From positions 1-64,000 of the forward strand of contig NIVC01003396.1 in assembly GCA_002269645.1 (NCBI GenBank): a stretch of DNA of 64,000 bases, given 5' to 3'. The DNA is from Macrostomum lignano (lineage: Eukaryota). The notes beneath the pieces are model-generated. The model ran no database searches and was not told where the DNA came from. It saw only the letters and a program-made list of their open reading frames with translations. Made by a program: the position numbers and the translations under genes. This document shows, piece by piece, positions 13,861-27,150 of this stretch; position 1 is the stretch's first letter, and each line of letters begins with the position of its first letter.

Positions 13861-14194
13861 TAACAGAGATTAGTTAATGTTTTTTCTATCAATGCCCCCC
13901 CCCCCCTGCCGTTAAGTTAAACTGAATTTTTGTACATTTCAAATGTACTTTTTGTTGTGGCTGCAGCTACCCACCAAAGCGGCTTTCAATTCAACTGTCA
14001 ATCACTCTGAGTTAACAATTTGTAGGCTTCAAGTAGATTATGTAATCTGTACATCCACACTTGCTGTACTGTACAGCAATTGCTTTCAGCTAGTGCGCTG
14101 TTGATCTGCCTTGCCGAATAGAAACTCTGAGCTGCATTGTTTCTCTTTTTTGCCACTAATTTTGCCAAGCTTTTCTGCTTTCCGCTGGAATCCC

Positions 14195-14460
14195 GTCTGT
14201 TATTCGCCCCCTGTCTGTTATCCGCCCCCTGACTGTTATCCACCCCCTGTCTGTTATCCGCCCCCTGACTGTTATCCGCCCCCTGACTGTTATCCGCCCC
14301 CTGACTGTTATCCACCCCCTGTCTGCTATCCTCCCCCTGTCTGTTATCCGACCCCTGTCTGTTATCCGCCCCCTGACTGTTATCCGCCCCCTGACTGTTA
14401 TCCTCCCCCTGTCTGTTATCCGCCCGCCCCTGTCTCATCCGCCCCCTGTCTGTTTTCCAC
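14195..14460. repeat. 18-bp minisatellite (ctgttatccgccccctga)n
   Basis: About 14 copies; explains the CYPPPD pseudo-ORF. Confidence 0.95.
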
Positions 14461-14794
14461 CCTTTAAAGTAATTTGAAATGAACCTGCGCAGTTTAAAAA
14501 TATTTTTTGTTTTAACTTTAAACTCGAGTATTTCGCTTAATTTTTTAAAAACCCAAAAATTCGTATTAGAATATTTTCTTGCATTATTCAATTTCTGTTT
14601 GAGTTCGACATTCGCGATCAAAATAGCAGAAAATTTATTAAATTGAATTTGATTGATAAATATACTCATAAAGCAACTTCGATTTCATTCATAAATGGAT
14701 TATTAAATTATTAGCAAATCGATGTGACGCTAATTATACGCGAATATGCATGCATTTTTTCTATCATTATTTAACCATAGATAACGACCCCACG

Positions 14795-14935
14795 TTCGGT
14801 CCCTGACATGTCTATATGCCTGACAACTAGAAAGTCAGGACCGCTGTTCACTCTGTGCGAGCTGTGTATGAGTGCCTGCGTACAGTATTGGCGCGCTTGT
14901 GTGTGCTCAGGAGTGAGCGGAATGAGCAGAATGGG
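14795..14935 (+). mobile_element. 5'-truncated copy of the tRNA-headed SINE-like family
   Basis: Core gagtgcctgcgtacagtattggcgcgcttgtgtgtgctcaggagtgagcggaatgagcagaat closely matches the reverse complement of ~40021-40090 and ~51685-51745. Confidence 0.75.
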
Positions 14936-15159
14936 CCATAAGAGTTATTTTCAGCAATGAATTGTTTTCCATACAGGACTTTCGGCTTTCGAACAACTCT
15001 GAACCAATCGCATACTGTGTGCTGTGCATTTGCGAGCGAGGTTTCAAATGACCTTCAGATGGTCAGAAAGTGAAAGAGTAATAAAATCGTCCATTTTGAT
15101 TGGCCCAAATCCTGGAAATGCATTTTGAGGGGCATTTTTAATCCTCCAAATTCAAGCCA

Positions 15160-16055
15160 AAGGAGACAGGGGCGCCCACCAAGAGACAGGGATCCCTGTC
15201 ACCAAGAGCCAATGGCTCCAGCCAGGAGACAGGGGCGCTCACTAAGAGTCAGGGGCGACCACCAAGAGTCAGGGGCGCCCACCAAGAGTCAGGGGCGCCC
15301 ACCAAGAGACAGGGGTGCCCACCAAGAGACAGGGGCGCCCACCAAGAGACAGGGGCGCTCACTAAGAGACAGGGGCGCCCACCAAGAGACAGGGACGCCC
15401 ACCAAGAGACAGGGGCGCCCACCAAGAGACAGGGGCGCCCACCAAGAGACAGGGATCCCTGTCACCAAGAGCCAATGGCTCCAACCAGGAGACAGGGGCG
15501 CTCACTAAGAGTCAGGGGCGCCCACCAAGAGTCAGGGGCGCCCACCAAGAGACAGGGGTGCCCACCAAGAGACAGGGGCGCCCACCAAGAGACAGGGGCG
15601 CCCACAAAGAGACAGGGGCGCCCACCAAGAGACAGGGGCGCCCACCAAGAGACAGGGGCGCCAACCAAGAGACAGGGGCGCCCACCAAGAGACAGGGGCG
15701 CCAACCAAGAGACAGGGGCGCCCACCAAGAGACAGGGGCGCTCACTAAGAGACAGGGGCGCCAACCAAGAGACAGGGGCGCTCACTAAGAGACAGGGGCG
15801 CCAACCAAGAGACAGGGGCGCCCACCAAGAGTCAGGGGCGCCCACCAAGAGTCAGGGGTGCCCACCAAGAGTCAGGGGCGCCCACCAAGAGACAGGGGCC
15901 CCACCAAGAGACAGGGGCGCTCACCAAGAGACAGGGGCGCCAACCAAGAGTCAGGGGCGCCCACCAAGAGTCAGGGGCGCCCACCAAGAGACAGGGGCGC
16001 TCACCAAGAGACAGGGGCGCCAACCAAGAGACAGGGACGCCCACCAAGAGACAGG
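15160..16055. repeat. 20-bp minisatellite (accaagagacaggggcgccc)n, family B, locus 1
   Basis: Read directly; same unit inverted at 27882-28735 and a variant at 59040-59595. Confidence 0.97.
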
Positions 16056-16299
16056 CACAAACTTTCTTTGTTTAACTACGTCTGCATTCCAGAAAATTCC
16101 ACATTAAATGTTGTATAACTGCGAAATACAGTAGGGACCAATTGCCATAAATTTATCATAATTATATGCAATTGTTATGAGATTTCGTCGTTTCATCAAC
16201 TATAAATTTGCGTATTTGCTGCGAAGCGAAAATGTTCAATTAAGTGTTTTATTAATATTTTTACTTACCAATTGCGTGTCACTGGAGACTGACTCAGCG

Positions 16300-17670
16300 A
16301 GTGGGAATTCTCTGAGTGGAATTTCTCCGAGTGGGATTGCAGAGAGTGGGATTTCAGTAATTGGGATTTCAGTGAGTGGGATATCAGTGAGTGGGATATC
16401 AGTGAGTGGGATTTCACTGAGTCGGATATCAGTGAGTGGGATATCAGTGAGTGGGATATCAGTGAGTGGGATATCAGTGAGTGGGATATCAGTGAGTGGG
16501 ATATCAGTGAGTGGGATTTCAGTGAGTGGGATATCAGTGAGTGGGATATCAGTGAGTGGGATTTCAGTGAGTGGGATATCAGTGAGTGGGATATCATTGA
16601 GTGGGATATCAATGAGTGGGATTTCAGTGAGTGGGATATCAGTGAGTGGGATTTCAGTGAGTGGGATATCAGTGAGTGGGATATCAGTGAGTGGGATATC
16701 AGTGAGTGGGATATCAGTGAGTGGGATATCTATATCTCTGAGTGGGATATCAGTGGGATTTCAGTGAGTGGGATATCAGTGAGTGGGATTTCAGTGAGTG
16801 GGATATCAGTGAGTGGGATTTCAGTGAGTGGGATATCAGTGAGTGGGATATCAGTGAGTGGGATATCAGTGGGATTTCAGTGAGTGGGATATCAGTGAGT
16901 GGGATTTCAGTGAGTGGGATATCAGTGAGTGGGATTTCAGTGAGTGGGATATCAGTGAGTGGGATATCAGTGAGTGGGATATCAGTGAGTGGGATATCAG
17001 TGAGTGGGATATCAGTGAGTGGGATATCAGTGAGTGGGATTTCAGTGAGTGGGATATCAGTGAGTGGGATTTCAGTGAGTGGGTTTTCAGTGAGTGGGAT
17101 TTCAGTGAGTGGGATATCAGTGAGTGGGATTTCAGTGAGTGGGATATCAGTGAGTGGGATATCAGTGAGTGGGATTTCAGTGAGTGGGATTTCAGTGAGT
17201 GGGATATCAGTGAGTGGGATATCAGTGAGTGGGATTTCACTGAGTCGGATATCAGTGAGTGGGATATCAGTGAGTGGGATATCAGTGAGTGGGATATCAG
17301 TGAGTGGGATATCAGTGAGTGGGATTTCAGTGAGTGGGATATCAGTGAGTGGGATTTCAGTGAGTGGGATTTCAGTGAGTGGGATTTCAGTGAGTGGGAT
17401 ATCAGTGAGTGGGATTTCAGTGAGTGGGATATCAGTGAGTGGGATATCAGTGAGTGGGATATCAGTGAGTGGGATTTCAGTGAGTGGGATATCTATATCT
17501 CTGAGTGGGATATCAGTGGGATTTCAGTGAGTGGGATTTCAGTGAGTGGGATATCAGTGAGTGGGATATCAGTGAGTGGGATATCAGTGAGTGGGATATC
17601 TATATCTCTGAGTGGGATATCAGTGGGATTTCAGTGAGTGGGGTTTCAATGATTGAGATTTCAGTGAGTG
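16300..17670. repeat. 15-bp minisatellite (atatcagtgagtggg)n
   Basis: Read directly; explains the ISVSG / DISEW pseudo-ORFs. Confidence 0.97.
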
Positions 17671-17674
17671 AGAT

Positions 17675-18410
17675 CCTCTCTGGTCATTCTAGTTCCTCTC
17701 TGGTCATGCTAGTTCCTCTCTGGTCATTCTAGTTCCTCTATGGTCATTCTAGTTCCTCTCTGGTCATGCTAGTTCCTCTCTGGTCATTCTAGTTCCTCTC
17801 TGGTCATGCTAGTTCCTCTCTGGTCATGTTAGTTCCTTTCTGGTCATTCTAGTTCCTCTCTGGTCATTCTAGTTCCTCTCTGGTCATGCTAGTTCCTCTG
17901 TGGTCATTCTAGTTCCTCTCTGGTCATTCTAGTTCCTCTTTGGTCATGCTAGTTCCTCTCTGGTCATTCTAGTTCCTCTCTGGTCATGCTAGTTCCTCTG
18001 TGGTCATTCTAGTTCCTCTCTGGTCATTCTAGTTCCTCTTTGGTCATGCTAGTTCCTCTCTGGTCATGCTAGTTCCTCTCTGGTCATTCTAGTTCCTCTC
18101 TGGTCATTCTAGTTCCTCTCTGGTCATTCTAGTTCCTCTCTGGTCATGCTAGTTCCTCTCTGGTCATTCTAGTTCCTCTCTGGTCATTCTAGTTCCTCTC
18201 TGGTCATTATAGTTCCTCTCTGGTCATTCTAGTTCCTCTCTGGTCATGCTAGTTCCTCTCTGGTCATTCTAGTTCCTCTCTGGTCATGCTAGTTCCTCTC
18301 TGGTCATGCTAGTTTCTCTCTGGTCATGCTAGTTCCTCTCTGGTCATGTTAGTTCCCCTCTGGTCATGCTAGTTCCTCTCTGGTCATGCTATTACCTCTC
18401 CTGGTCATGC
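17675..18410. repeat. 20-bp minisatellite (ctctggtcattctagttcct)n
   Basis: Read directly; abuts the 15-bp array. Confidence 0.97.
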
Positions 18411-18839
18411 AGAGATAGCAGAGATGAAGTCATCAACGAACATGTAGTAATATGTAATCCAAAGCAGAAAGCAAGATGCAGCACAGCCCATAAATCAAAA
18501 AACTGCATAAAGTACAACAACTGCATTTATGCAGAACGAAATAATGGCCCTCTTGTTTGTTTTGTGTAGTTTTTTCTGCGGCCGCGGCAAAAGCAGTGCA
18601 GGAAATTAACGAGTTGTTTTTCTGCCAGAAAGCGATCAAGGGAGCCGGCACTCATGCATGGCCTTTCCTGCCCGAGTCCAATCAGATCGGCTTATTGCTA
18701 TCCGGGCGGGTCGTTGCTGCGAGGTGCTTCAGAAACTGGAGAACTGCTTTTAGAACTTAGAGAATGCGAGCAAACAGGGATGGAAAAAGACGTCAAATCG
18801 ATCGCTTGTTGCTTTGCTATTGCCTGCTTTGCGAAAGAA

Positions 18840-19780
<941 letters not shown>

Positions 19781-20019
19781 CAGTCAGGGGTGCAAATGGT
19801 TACCCTCTGATTGTGCAAATGGCGCAATTGAGAGGCCATGAGAGTGAAATAACTTTCTCAAGAAAAGTTTGCACTAACTCAATGCTTTTATTCTGCATTG
19901 TCGGAACATTTTCTTGCGAATAAAGTGTCATAAATCAATGGTTGCCTTTCTTAGAAAAGCAAAGTAGCGAAAGATTTCTACTAAGCACAATAAATTTTTG
20001 TATCAAAAAATTACTAACC

Positions 20020-20110
20020 GGGACAGAGGGTGAGACGCGGACAGAGGGTGAAACACGGACAGAGGGTGAGACGCGGACACAGGGTGAGACTGGGACACAG
20101 GGTGAGACAG
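20020..20110. repeat. 18-bp short tandem repeat (ggacagagggtgagacgc)n
   Basis: About 5 copies. Confidence 0.85.
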
Positions 20111-20724
20111 TGTCAGTGGAGCATAGCCGACTGAGATGAGAGGTTACAATTGAGTGAAATGCTGGGGTTTACTATCAGATACAAATAAGCCAGAGTCAGA
20201 AGCCAATATAACTAACAGTGTTATCCATCAGCCATCGATCAAGTTTAGGGTGAGTCACCATGCTCACGATGAGAGATAATGAACCGGTGCCTACTTTTGA
20301 CCGTTTGGCTTTTTATCAATTCCGAGCACGGATAGAAAATCTTAGCTAGTTGTATTCCTCAAAATCAAGGATCCAGAGACCCAATCAGAGTGCCGGGCGA
20401 ACTCTCTCTCCCCCCGCTCTCTCATTCCTAAACCGTATGACGCAATCGCTGTAGAGCTTTTGGGATGCAAATTACTCAATTAAATTAACCAAGATTCTCC
20501 CATATATACATTTATATACTTACTGCTTATTACTGGGTTATTCATCTATTCATACTTGAGCAGTGGAGTTCTGCTCTTGAGGAGTTCCGATGGTCGCATG
20601 ACTGACAGATTAAGGGGATTAGGCTAATCTGTGGCTAATCTGTGGGAGTGGATTGCAGTGTCGAGACTTGAATCGGTGATGCTTAAACTTGTAAATTCCG
20701 TGCAGCTGTTGAAGTCTGCTGTAT

Positions 20725-21200
20725 GGGGAGAGAGGGAGATTGAGAGAAGGAGAGTGAGAGAGGGAGAGTGAGAGAAGGAGAGTGAGAGAGGGAGAGTGAG
20801 AGAGGGAGAGTGAGAGAGGGAGAGTGAGAGAGGGAGAGTGAGAGAGGGAGAGTGAGAGAAGGAGAGTGAGAGAGGGAGAGTGAGAGAAGGAGAGTGAGAG
20901 AAGGAGAGTGAGAGAAGGAGAGTGAGAGAAGGAGAAGGAGAGAAGGAGAGTGAGAAGGAGAGTGAGAGAAGGAGAGTGAGAGAAGGAGAGGGAGAGAAGA
21001 AGAGTGAGAGAAGGAGAGTGAGAGAAGGAGAGTGAGAGAAGGAGAAGGAGAGAAGGAGAGTGTGAGAAGGAGAGTGAGAGAAGGAGAGTGAGAGAAGGAG
21101 AGTGAGAGAAGGAGAGTCAGAGAAGGAGAGTGAGAAGGAGAGTGAGAGAAGGAGAGAGAGAAGAAGAGTGAGACAAGTAGAGTGAGAGGAGAGTGAGAGA
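20725..21200. repeat. Polypurine ~14-bp repeat (gagagtgagagaag)n
   Basis: Read directly. Confidence 0.93.
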
Positions 21201-21332
21201 AATGAAGAAAGAGACAACTGACAAAAAGTGATATATTGCCCAACCAATTTCAATAGAAATAACACACGAGTATAGTTACTCGTACTATCACAGAAAGTGA
21301 GAATGAAGTGATAGTCAGATTTTAAGCGTGAA

Positions 21333-21577
21333 TCATGATTCAGAGTAGAGCAAAAATGGAATTTTCCATGACAGCAACAGCAGCAGCGGGAGAGCAGCAG
21401 GATTGCAGGCCTTGATCCAGTCTAGTCCAGCACAGCATTCAGTTTCTGCTTCAACGCTTTTCTGGAATCCCTTCACACCCAGGCTGTTGGGATTTTTAGT
21501 GCCTCACCCATTGATTTGATTGGCAGTCTCTATTCTATCTTCATCTAACTCGATGCAAGAATTACATCGCAGCTGTG
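21333..21577 (-). other. Candidate Ly6/uPAR (three-finger)-like GPI-anchored protein segment with an in-frame TGA; gene, pseudogene or coincidence unresolved
   Basis: Minus strand reads QLRCNSC IELDEDRIETANQING*GTKNPNSLGVKGFQKSVEAETE CC AGLDWIKA CN PAALPLLLLLSWKIPFLLYSES*. It has LxCxxC at the start, CC...CN near the end and then a hydrophobic tail. Only 5 Cys, and no convincing signal-peptide exon was found. Confidence 0.3.
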
Positions 21578-21626
21578 CTACTTGAGGCTTTAATGTGGAT
21601 TTTGAAGAAAATCATAAAAAATTATT

Positions 21627-21925
21627 GAGTAGGGATAGGGAGAGAGGTAGAGTAGGGATAAGGAGAGAGGTAGAGTAGGGATAAGGAGAGAGGTAGAGTA
21701 GGGATAAGTAGAGAGGTAGAGTAGGGATAAGGAGAGAGGTAGAGTATGGATAGGGAGAGATGTAGAGTAGGGATAGGGAGAGAGGTAGAGTAGGGATAGG
21801 GAAAGAGGTAGAGTAGGGATAAGGAGAGAGGTAGAGTAGGGATAAGGACAGAGGTAGAGTAGGGATAGGGAGAGAGGTAGAGTAGGGATAGGGAGAGGTA
21901 GAGTATGGAGAGGGAGAGAGGGAGA
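21627..21925. repeat. 23-bp polypurine minisatellite (agagaggtagagtagggataagg)n
   Basis: About 12 copies. Confidence 0.93.
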
Positions 21926-22269
21926 ACCATGGTTGGAGGACCAAGTGCAGAGGGTTCCAACAAAGGATTGACCTAACTGGAGTTTAGATGCCATTCAGTA
22001 GAAACCCTAAAGCAGCTGTCGCAACTTATTGACTATCTGACAGTTCATTTTTATCAAAGACACGCGCGCTTCAATAAAGTTGGCGCTAAAACTAATCTGC
22101 CATTTTCACGCCACAGCTTCTACATCAACGCTTGCGTGCAAATATTCGAAAACTGCATGATTTTAATGTTTTAATGCAACTGTTCTCATGAATTTATTAA
22201 AGCTGTCTTTTATTGTCTCGTTTCACTGTTGCTTTCCAGATAGCTGCTATCCGGATAGCTAGATGCTTT

Positions 22270-23355
22270 TTCCGGTCCTGTAAGCTACTGTTTCCGGTCC
22301 AGTTAGCTACTGTTTCCGGTCCTGTAAGCTACTGTTTCCGGTCCTGTTAGCTAATGTTTCCGGTCCTGTTAGCTACTGTTTCCGATCCAGTTAGCTACTG
22401 TATCCGGTCCAGTTAGCTACTGTATCCGGTCCAGTTAGCTACTGTTTCCGGTCCTGTTAGCTACTGTTTCCGGTCCTGTTAGCTGCTGTTTCCGGTCCAG
22501 TTAGCTGCTGTTTCCGGTCCAGTTAGCTACTGTTTCCGGTCCAGTTAGCTGCTGTTTCCGGTCCAGTTAGCTACTGTTTCCGGTCCAGTTAGCTGCTGTT
22601 TCCGGTCTAGTTATGAGTTAGCTACTGTTTCCGGTCCTGTTAGCTACTGTTTCCGGTCCAGTTAGCTACTGTTTCCGGTCCAGTTAGCTACTGTTTCCGG
22701 TCCAGTTAGCTGCTGTTTCCGGTCCAGTTAGCTACTGTTTCCGGTCCAGTTAGCTGCTGTTTCCGGTCTAGTTATGAGTTAGCTACTGTTTCCGGTCCTG
22801 TTAGCTACTGTTTCCGGTCCAGTTAGCAACTGTTTCCGGTCCAGTTAGCTACTGTTTCCGGTCAAGTTAGCTACTGTTTCCGGTCTAGTTAGCTACTGTT
22901 TCCGGTCCAGTTAGCTACTGTTTCCGGTCCAGTTAGCTACTGTTTCCGATCCAGTTAGCTACTGTTTCCGGTCCTGTTAGCTACTGTTTCCGGTCCAGTT
23001 AGCTACTGTTTCCGGTCCAGTTAGCTACTGTTTCCGGTCCAGTTAGCTACTGTTTCCGGTCCAGTTAGCTACTGTTTCCGGTCTAGTTAGCTACTGTTTC
23101 CGGTCCAGTTAGCTAATGTTTCCGGTCTAGTTAGCTACTGTTTCCGGTCCAGTTAGCTACTGTTTCCGGTCCAGTTAGCTACTGTTTCCGGTCTAGTTAG
23201 CTACTGTTTCCGGTCTAGTTAGCTACTGTTTCCGGTCCAGTTAGCTACTGTTTCCGGTCCAGTTAGCTACTGTTTCCGGTCCAGTTAGCTACTGTTTCCG
23301 GTCATGTTAGCTACTGTTTCCGATCCAGTTGGCTACTGTTTCCGGTCCTGTAAGC
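22270..23355. repeat. 22-bp minisatellite (ttagctactgtttccggtccag)n
   Basis: Read directly; about 1.1 kb. Confidence 0.97.
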
Positions 23356-23479
23356 TACATTCAGAAGTCTATTATTAGTTCAGTTATCTGCACCCAGGCT
23401 AAAGGTTTTATTGCATCGAATTCCTTGAAGTTTGCAATTCAAAGCAGTCTGCTGCACGCATTCGTATCTGCATCAAGCT

Positions 23480-23900
23480 TAACAAGTCAATCCTAAGTCA
23501 TGTATTTTTTTTACAAAGCCTCTTGTCCGCAGTCAACGTTTCAAGCTCCGCAAGTTTTTGTAACCATAAAACGTACTGCCGCGTTCGTTTCGTGCAGTGC
23601 TGAACCGTTTTCAAAGATCCGTGATTGCTGGAGAATATTCTGGCAAGAATATACTGGGGATCCGAACTCCACGGTTTGCCTGTCAGCTGTGCTAGCGGCG
23701 TTACTACCCAGACTGGTCGGGACTTAGACAAAAGCAGCTGTTGCCGGGTTGAATGTCTAGCATTTCTGTTGCCTGACCATCCAAGTCTTTCCTCGCTACG
23801 TGCGTGTTTCAGTCCCTGCAGTTCTGTTGTCTTCACAGACGGCCGACTGCCATGGAAGAGATTTATGGAAACGGGGAACCAGCAAAGAGAGAACTTTGGG
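23480..23900 (-). mobile_element. Degraded CR1/L2-group LINE fragment (post-RT region)
   Basis: Frameshifted minus-strand motifs HSTRQQLLLSKS, RQTVEFGSPVYSC, LKTVQHCTKR and ELETLTADKRL. These resemble the CR1-group pattern FSTRD..LL.KA / VRP.LEY.SPVWSP / IE.VQR.FTKR / L.L.TL..RRL. Recognised by eye only. Confidence 0.45.
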
Positions 23901-23904
23901 TTTC

Positions 23905-26900
23905 GAGATGTCAGTAGCTGGGGCGTCATAGATGCCAGTAGCTGGGGTGTCAGAGATGTCAGTAGCTGCTGTGTCAGAAAAGTCAGTAGCTGGGGTGTCA
24001 GAGAGATGTCAGTAGCTGGGGTGTCAGAGATGCCAGTAGCTGCTGTGTCAGAAAAGTCAGTAGCTGGGGTGTCAGAGATGTCAGTAGCTGGGGTGTCAGA
24101 GATGTCAGTAGCTGCTGTGTCAGAAAAGTCAGTAGCTGGGGTGTCAGAGATGTCAGTAGCTGGGGTGTCAGAGATGCCAGTAGCTGCTGTGTCAGAAAAG
24201 TCAGTAGCTGGGGTGTCAGAGATGTCAGTAGCTGGGGTGTCAGAGATGTCAGTAGCTGGGGTGTCAGAGATGTCAGTAGCTGGGGTGTCAGAGATGTCAG
24301 TAGCTGGGGTGTCATAGATGCCAGTAGCTGGGGTGTCAGAGATGTCAGTAGCTGGGGTGTCAGAGATGTCAGTAGCTGGGGTGTCAGAGATGTCAGTAGC
24401 TGGGGTGTCAGAGAGATGTCAGTAGCTGGGGTGTCAGAGATGTCAGTAGCTGGGGTGTCAGAGATGTCAGTAGCTGGGGTTTTCGGAGATGTCAGTAGCT
24501 GGGGTGTCAGAGATGAAAGTAGCTGGGGTGTCATAGATGCCAGTAGCTGGGGTGTCAGAGATGTCAGTAGCTGGGGTGTCAGAGATGTCAGTAGCTCGGG
24601 TGTCAGAGATGTCAGTAGCTGGGGTGTCAGAGATGTCAGTAGCTGGGGTGTCAGAGATGTCAGTAGCTGGGGTGTCAGAGATGCCAGTAGCTGGGGTGTC
24701 AGAGATGCCAGTAGCTGCTGTGTCAAAAAAGTCAGTAGCTGGGGTGTCAGAGAGATGTCAGTAGCTGGGGTGTCAGAGATGTCAGTAAGCTGGGGTGTCA
24801 GAGATGCCAGTAGCTGAGGTGTCAGAGATGTCAGTAAGCTGGGGTGTCAGAGATGTCAGTATCTGGGGTGTCAGAGATGTCAGTAGCTGGGGTGTCAGAG
24901 ATGTCAGTAGCTGGGATGCCAGAGATGTCAGTAGCTGGGGTGTCAGAGATGTCTGACACTCAGTAGCTGGGGTGTCAGAGATGCCAGTAGCTGGGTGTCA
25001 GAGATGTCAGTAGCTGGGGTGTCAGAGATGTCAGTAGCTGGGATGCCAGAGATGTCAGTAGCTGGGGTGTCAGAGATGTCAGTAGCTGGTTTGTCAGAGA
25101 TGCCAGTAGCTGCTGTGTCAGAGATGTCAGTAGCTGGGGTGTCAGAGATGTCAGTAGCTGGGGTGTCAGAGATGCCAGTAGCTGGTGTGTCAGAGATGTC
25201 AGTAGCTGGGGTGTCAGAGATGTCAGTAGCTGGGGCGTCAGAGAGATGTCAGTAGCTGGGGTGTCAGAGATGTCAGTAGCTGCTGTGTCAGAAAAGTCAG
25301 TATCTGGGGTGTCAGAGATGTCAGTAGCTGGGGTGTCAGAGATGCCAGTAGCTGGGGTGTCAGAGATGCCAGTAGCTGGGGTGTCAGAGATGTCAGTAGC
25401 TGAGGTAGCAGAGATGTCAGCAGCTGGGGTGTCAGAGATGCCAGTAGCTGGGGTGTCAGAGATGTCAGTAGCTGCTGTGTCAAAAAAGTCAGTAGCTGGG
25501 GTGTCAGAGAGATGTCAGTAGCTGGGGTGTCAGAGATGTCAGTAGCTGGGGTGTCAGAGATGTCAGTAGCTGCTGTGTCAGAGATGCCAGTAGCTGGGGT
25601 GTCAGAGATGTCAGTAGCTGGGGTGTCAGAGATGTCAGTAGCTAGGGTGTCATAGATGCCAGTAGCTGGGGTGTCAGAGATGTCAGTAGCTCGGGTGTCA
25701 GAGATGTCAGTAGCTGGGGTGTCATAGATGCCAGTAGCTGAGGTGTCAGAGATGTCAGTAGCTGCTGTGTCAGAGATGTCAGTAGCTGGGGTGTCAGAGA
25801 TGTCAGTAGCTGCTGTGTCAGAGATGTCAGTAGCTGGGGTGTCAGAGATGCCAGTAGCTGGGGTGTCATAGATGCCAGTAGCTGGGGTGTCAGAGATGTC
25901 AGTAGCTGGGGTGTCAGAGATGCCAGTAGCTGGGTGTCAGAGATGTCAGTAGCTGGGGTGTCAGAGATGTCAGTAGCTGAGGTGTCAGAGATGTCAGTAG
26001 CTGCTGTGTCAGAGATGTCAGTAGCTGGGGTGTCAGAGATGCCAGTAGCTGGGGTGTCAGAGATGTCAGTAGCTGCTGTGTCAGAGATGTCAGTAGCTGG
26101 GGTGTCAGAGATGTCAGTAGCTGGGGTGTCAGAGATGCCAGTAGCTGCTGTGTCAGAAAAGTCAGTAGCTGGGGTGTCAGAGATGTCAGTAGCTGGGGTG
26201 TCAGAGATGTCAGTAGCTGGGGTGTCAGAGATGTCAGTAGCTGGGGTGTCAGAGATGTCAGTAGCTGGGATGCCAGAGATGTCAGTAGCTGGGGTGTCAG
26301 AGATGTCAGTAGCTGGTTTGTCAGAGATGCCAGTAGCTGCTGTGTCAGAGATGTCAGTAGCTGGGGTGTCAGAGATGTCAGTAGCTGGGGTGTCAGAGAT
26401 GTCAGTAGCTGGTGTGTCAGAGATGTCAGTAGCTGGGGTGTCAGAGATGTCAGTAGCTGGGGTGTCAGAGAGATGTCAGTAGCTGGGGTGTCAGAGATGT
26501 CAGTAAGCTGGGGTGTCAGAGATGCCAGTAGCTGAGGTGTCAGAGATGTCAGTAGCTGGGGTGTCAGAGATGTCAGTAGCTGGGGTGTCAGAGATGCCTG
26601 TAGCTGCTGTGTCAGAGATGCCAGTAGCTGGGGTGTCAGAGATGTCAGTAGCTGGGGTCAGTCAGAGATGTCAGTAGCTGGGGTGTCAGAGATGTCAGTA
26701 GCTGGGGTGTCAGAGAGATGTCAGTAGCTGGGGTGTCAGAGATGTCAGTAGCTGGGGTGTCAGAGATGTCAGTAGCTGCTGTGTCAGAGATGCCAGTAGC
26801 TGGGGTGTCAGAGATGTCAGTAGCTGGGGTGTCAGAGATGTCAGTAGCTAAGGTGTCATAGATGCCAGTAGCTGGGGTGTCAGAGATGTCAGTAGCTGTG

Positions 26901-27150
26901 TTAGAGATGTCAGTAGCTGGGGTGTCAGAGATGCCAGTAGCTGGGGTGTCAGAAAATTCAGTAGCTGGGGTGTCAGAGATGTCAGTAGCTGGGGTGTCAG
27001 AGATGTCAGTAGCTGGGGTGTCAGAGATGTCAGTAGCTGGGGTGTCAGAGATGTCAGTAGCTGGGGTGTCAGAGATGTCAGTAGCTGGGGTGTCAGAGAT
27101 GTCAGTAGCTGGGGTGTCAGATGTCAGTAGCTGGGGTGTCAGAGATGTCA
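23905..27150. repeat. 24-bp minisatellite family A, locus 2 (inverted relative to 150-1350)
   Basis: (gatgtcagtagctggggtgtcaga)n, about 3.2 kb; shares rare variant units with locus 1. Confidence 0.97.

Noticed and set aside
18366-18835. GC-richer island with a possible exon (EINELFFCQKAIKGAG...)
   Set aside because: Weak donor, no homology recognised and no partner exons identified.
22270-27150. Shared agctactg between the 22-bp and 24-bp units (and ggcgccc between the 22-bp unit at 1815 and family B)
   Set aside because: Matches of 7-8 bp among many units are too short to infer common origin.
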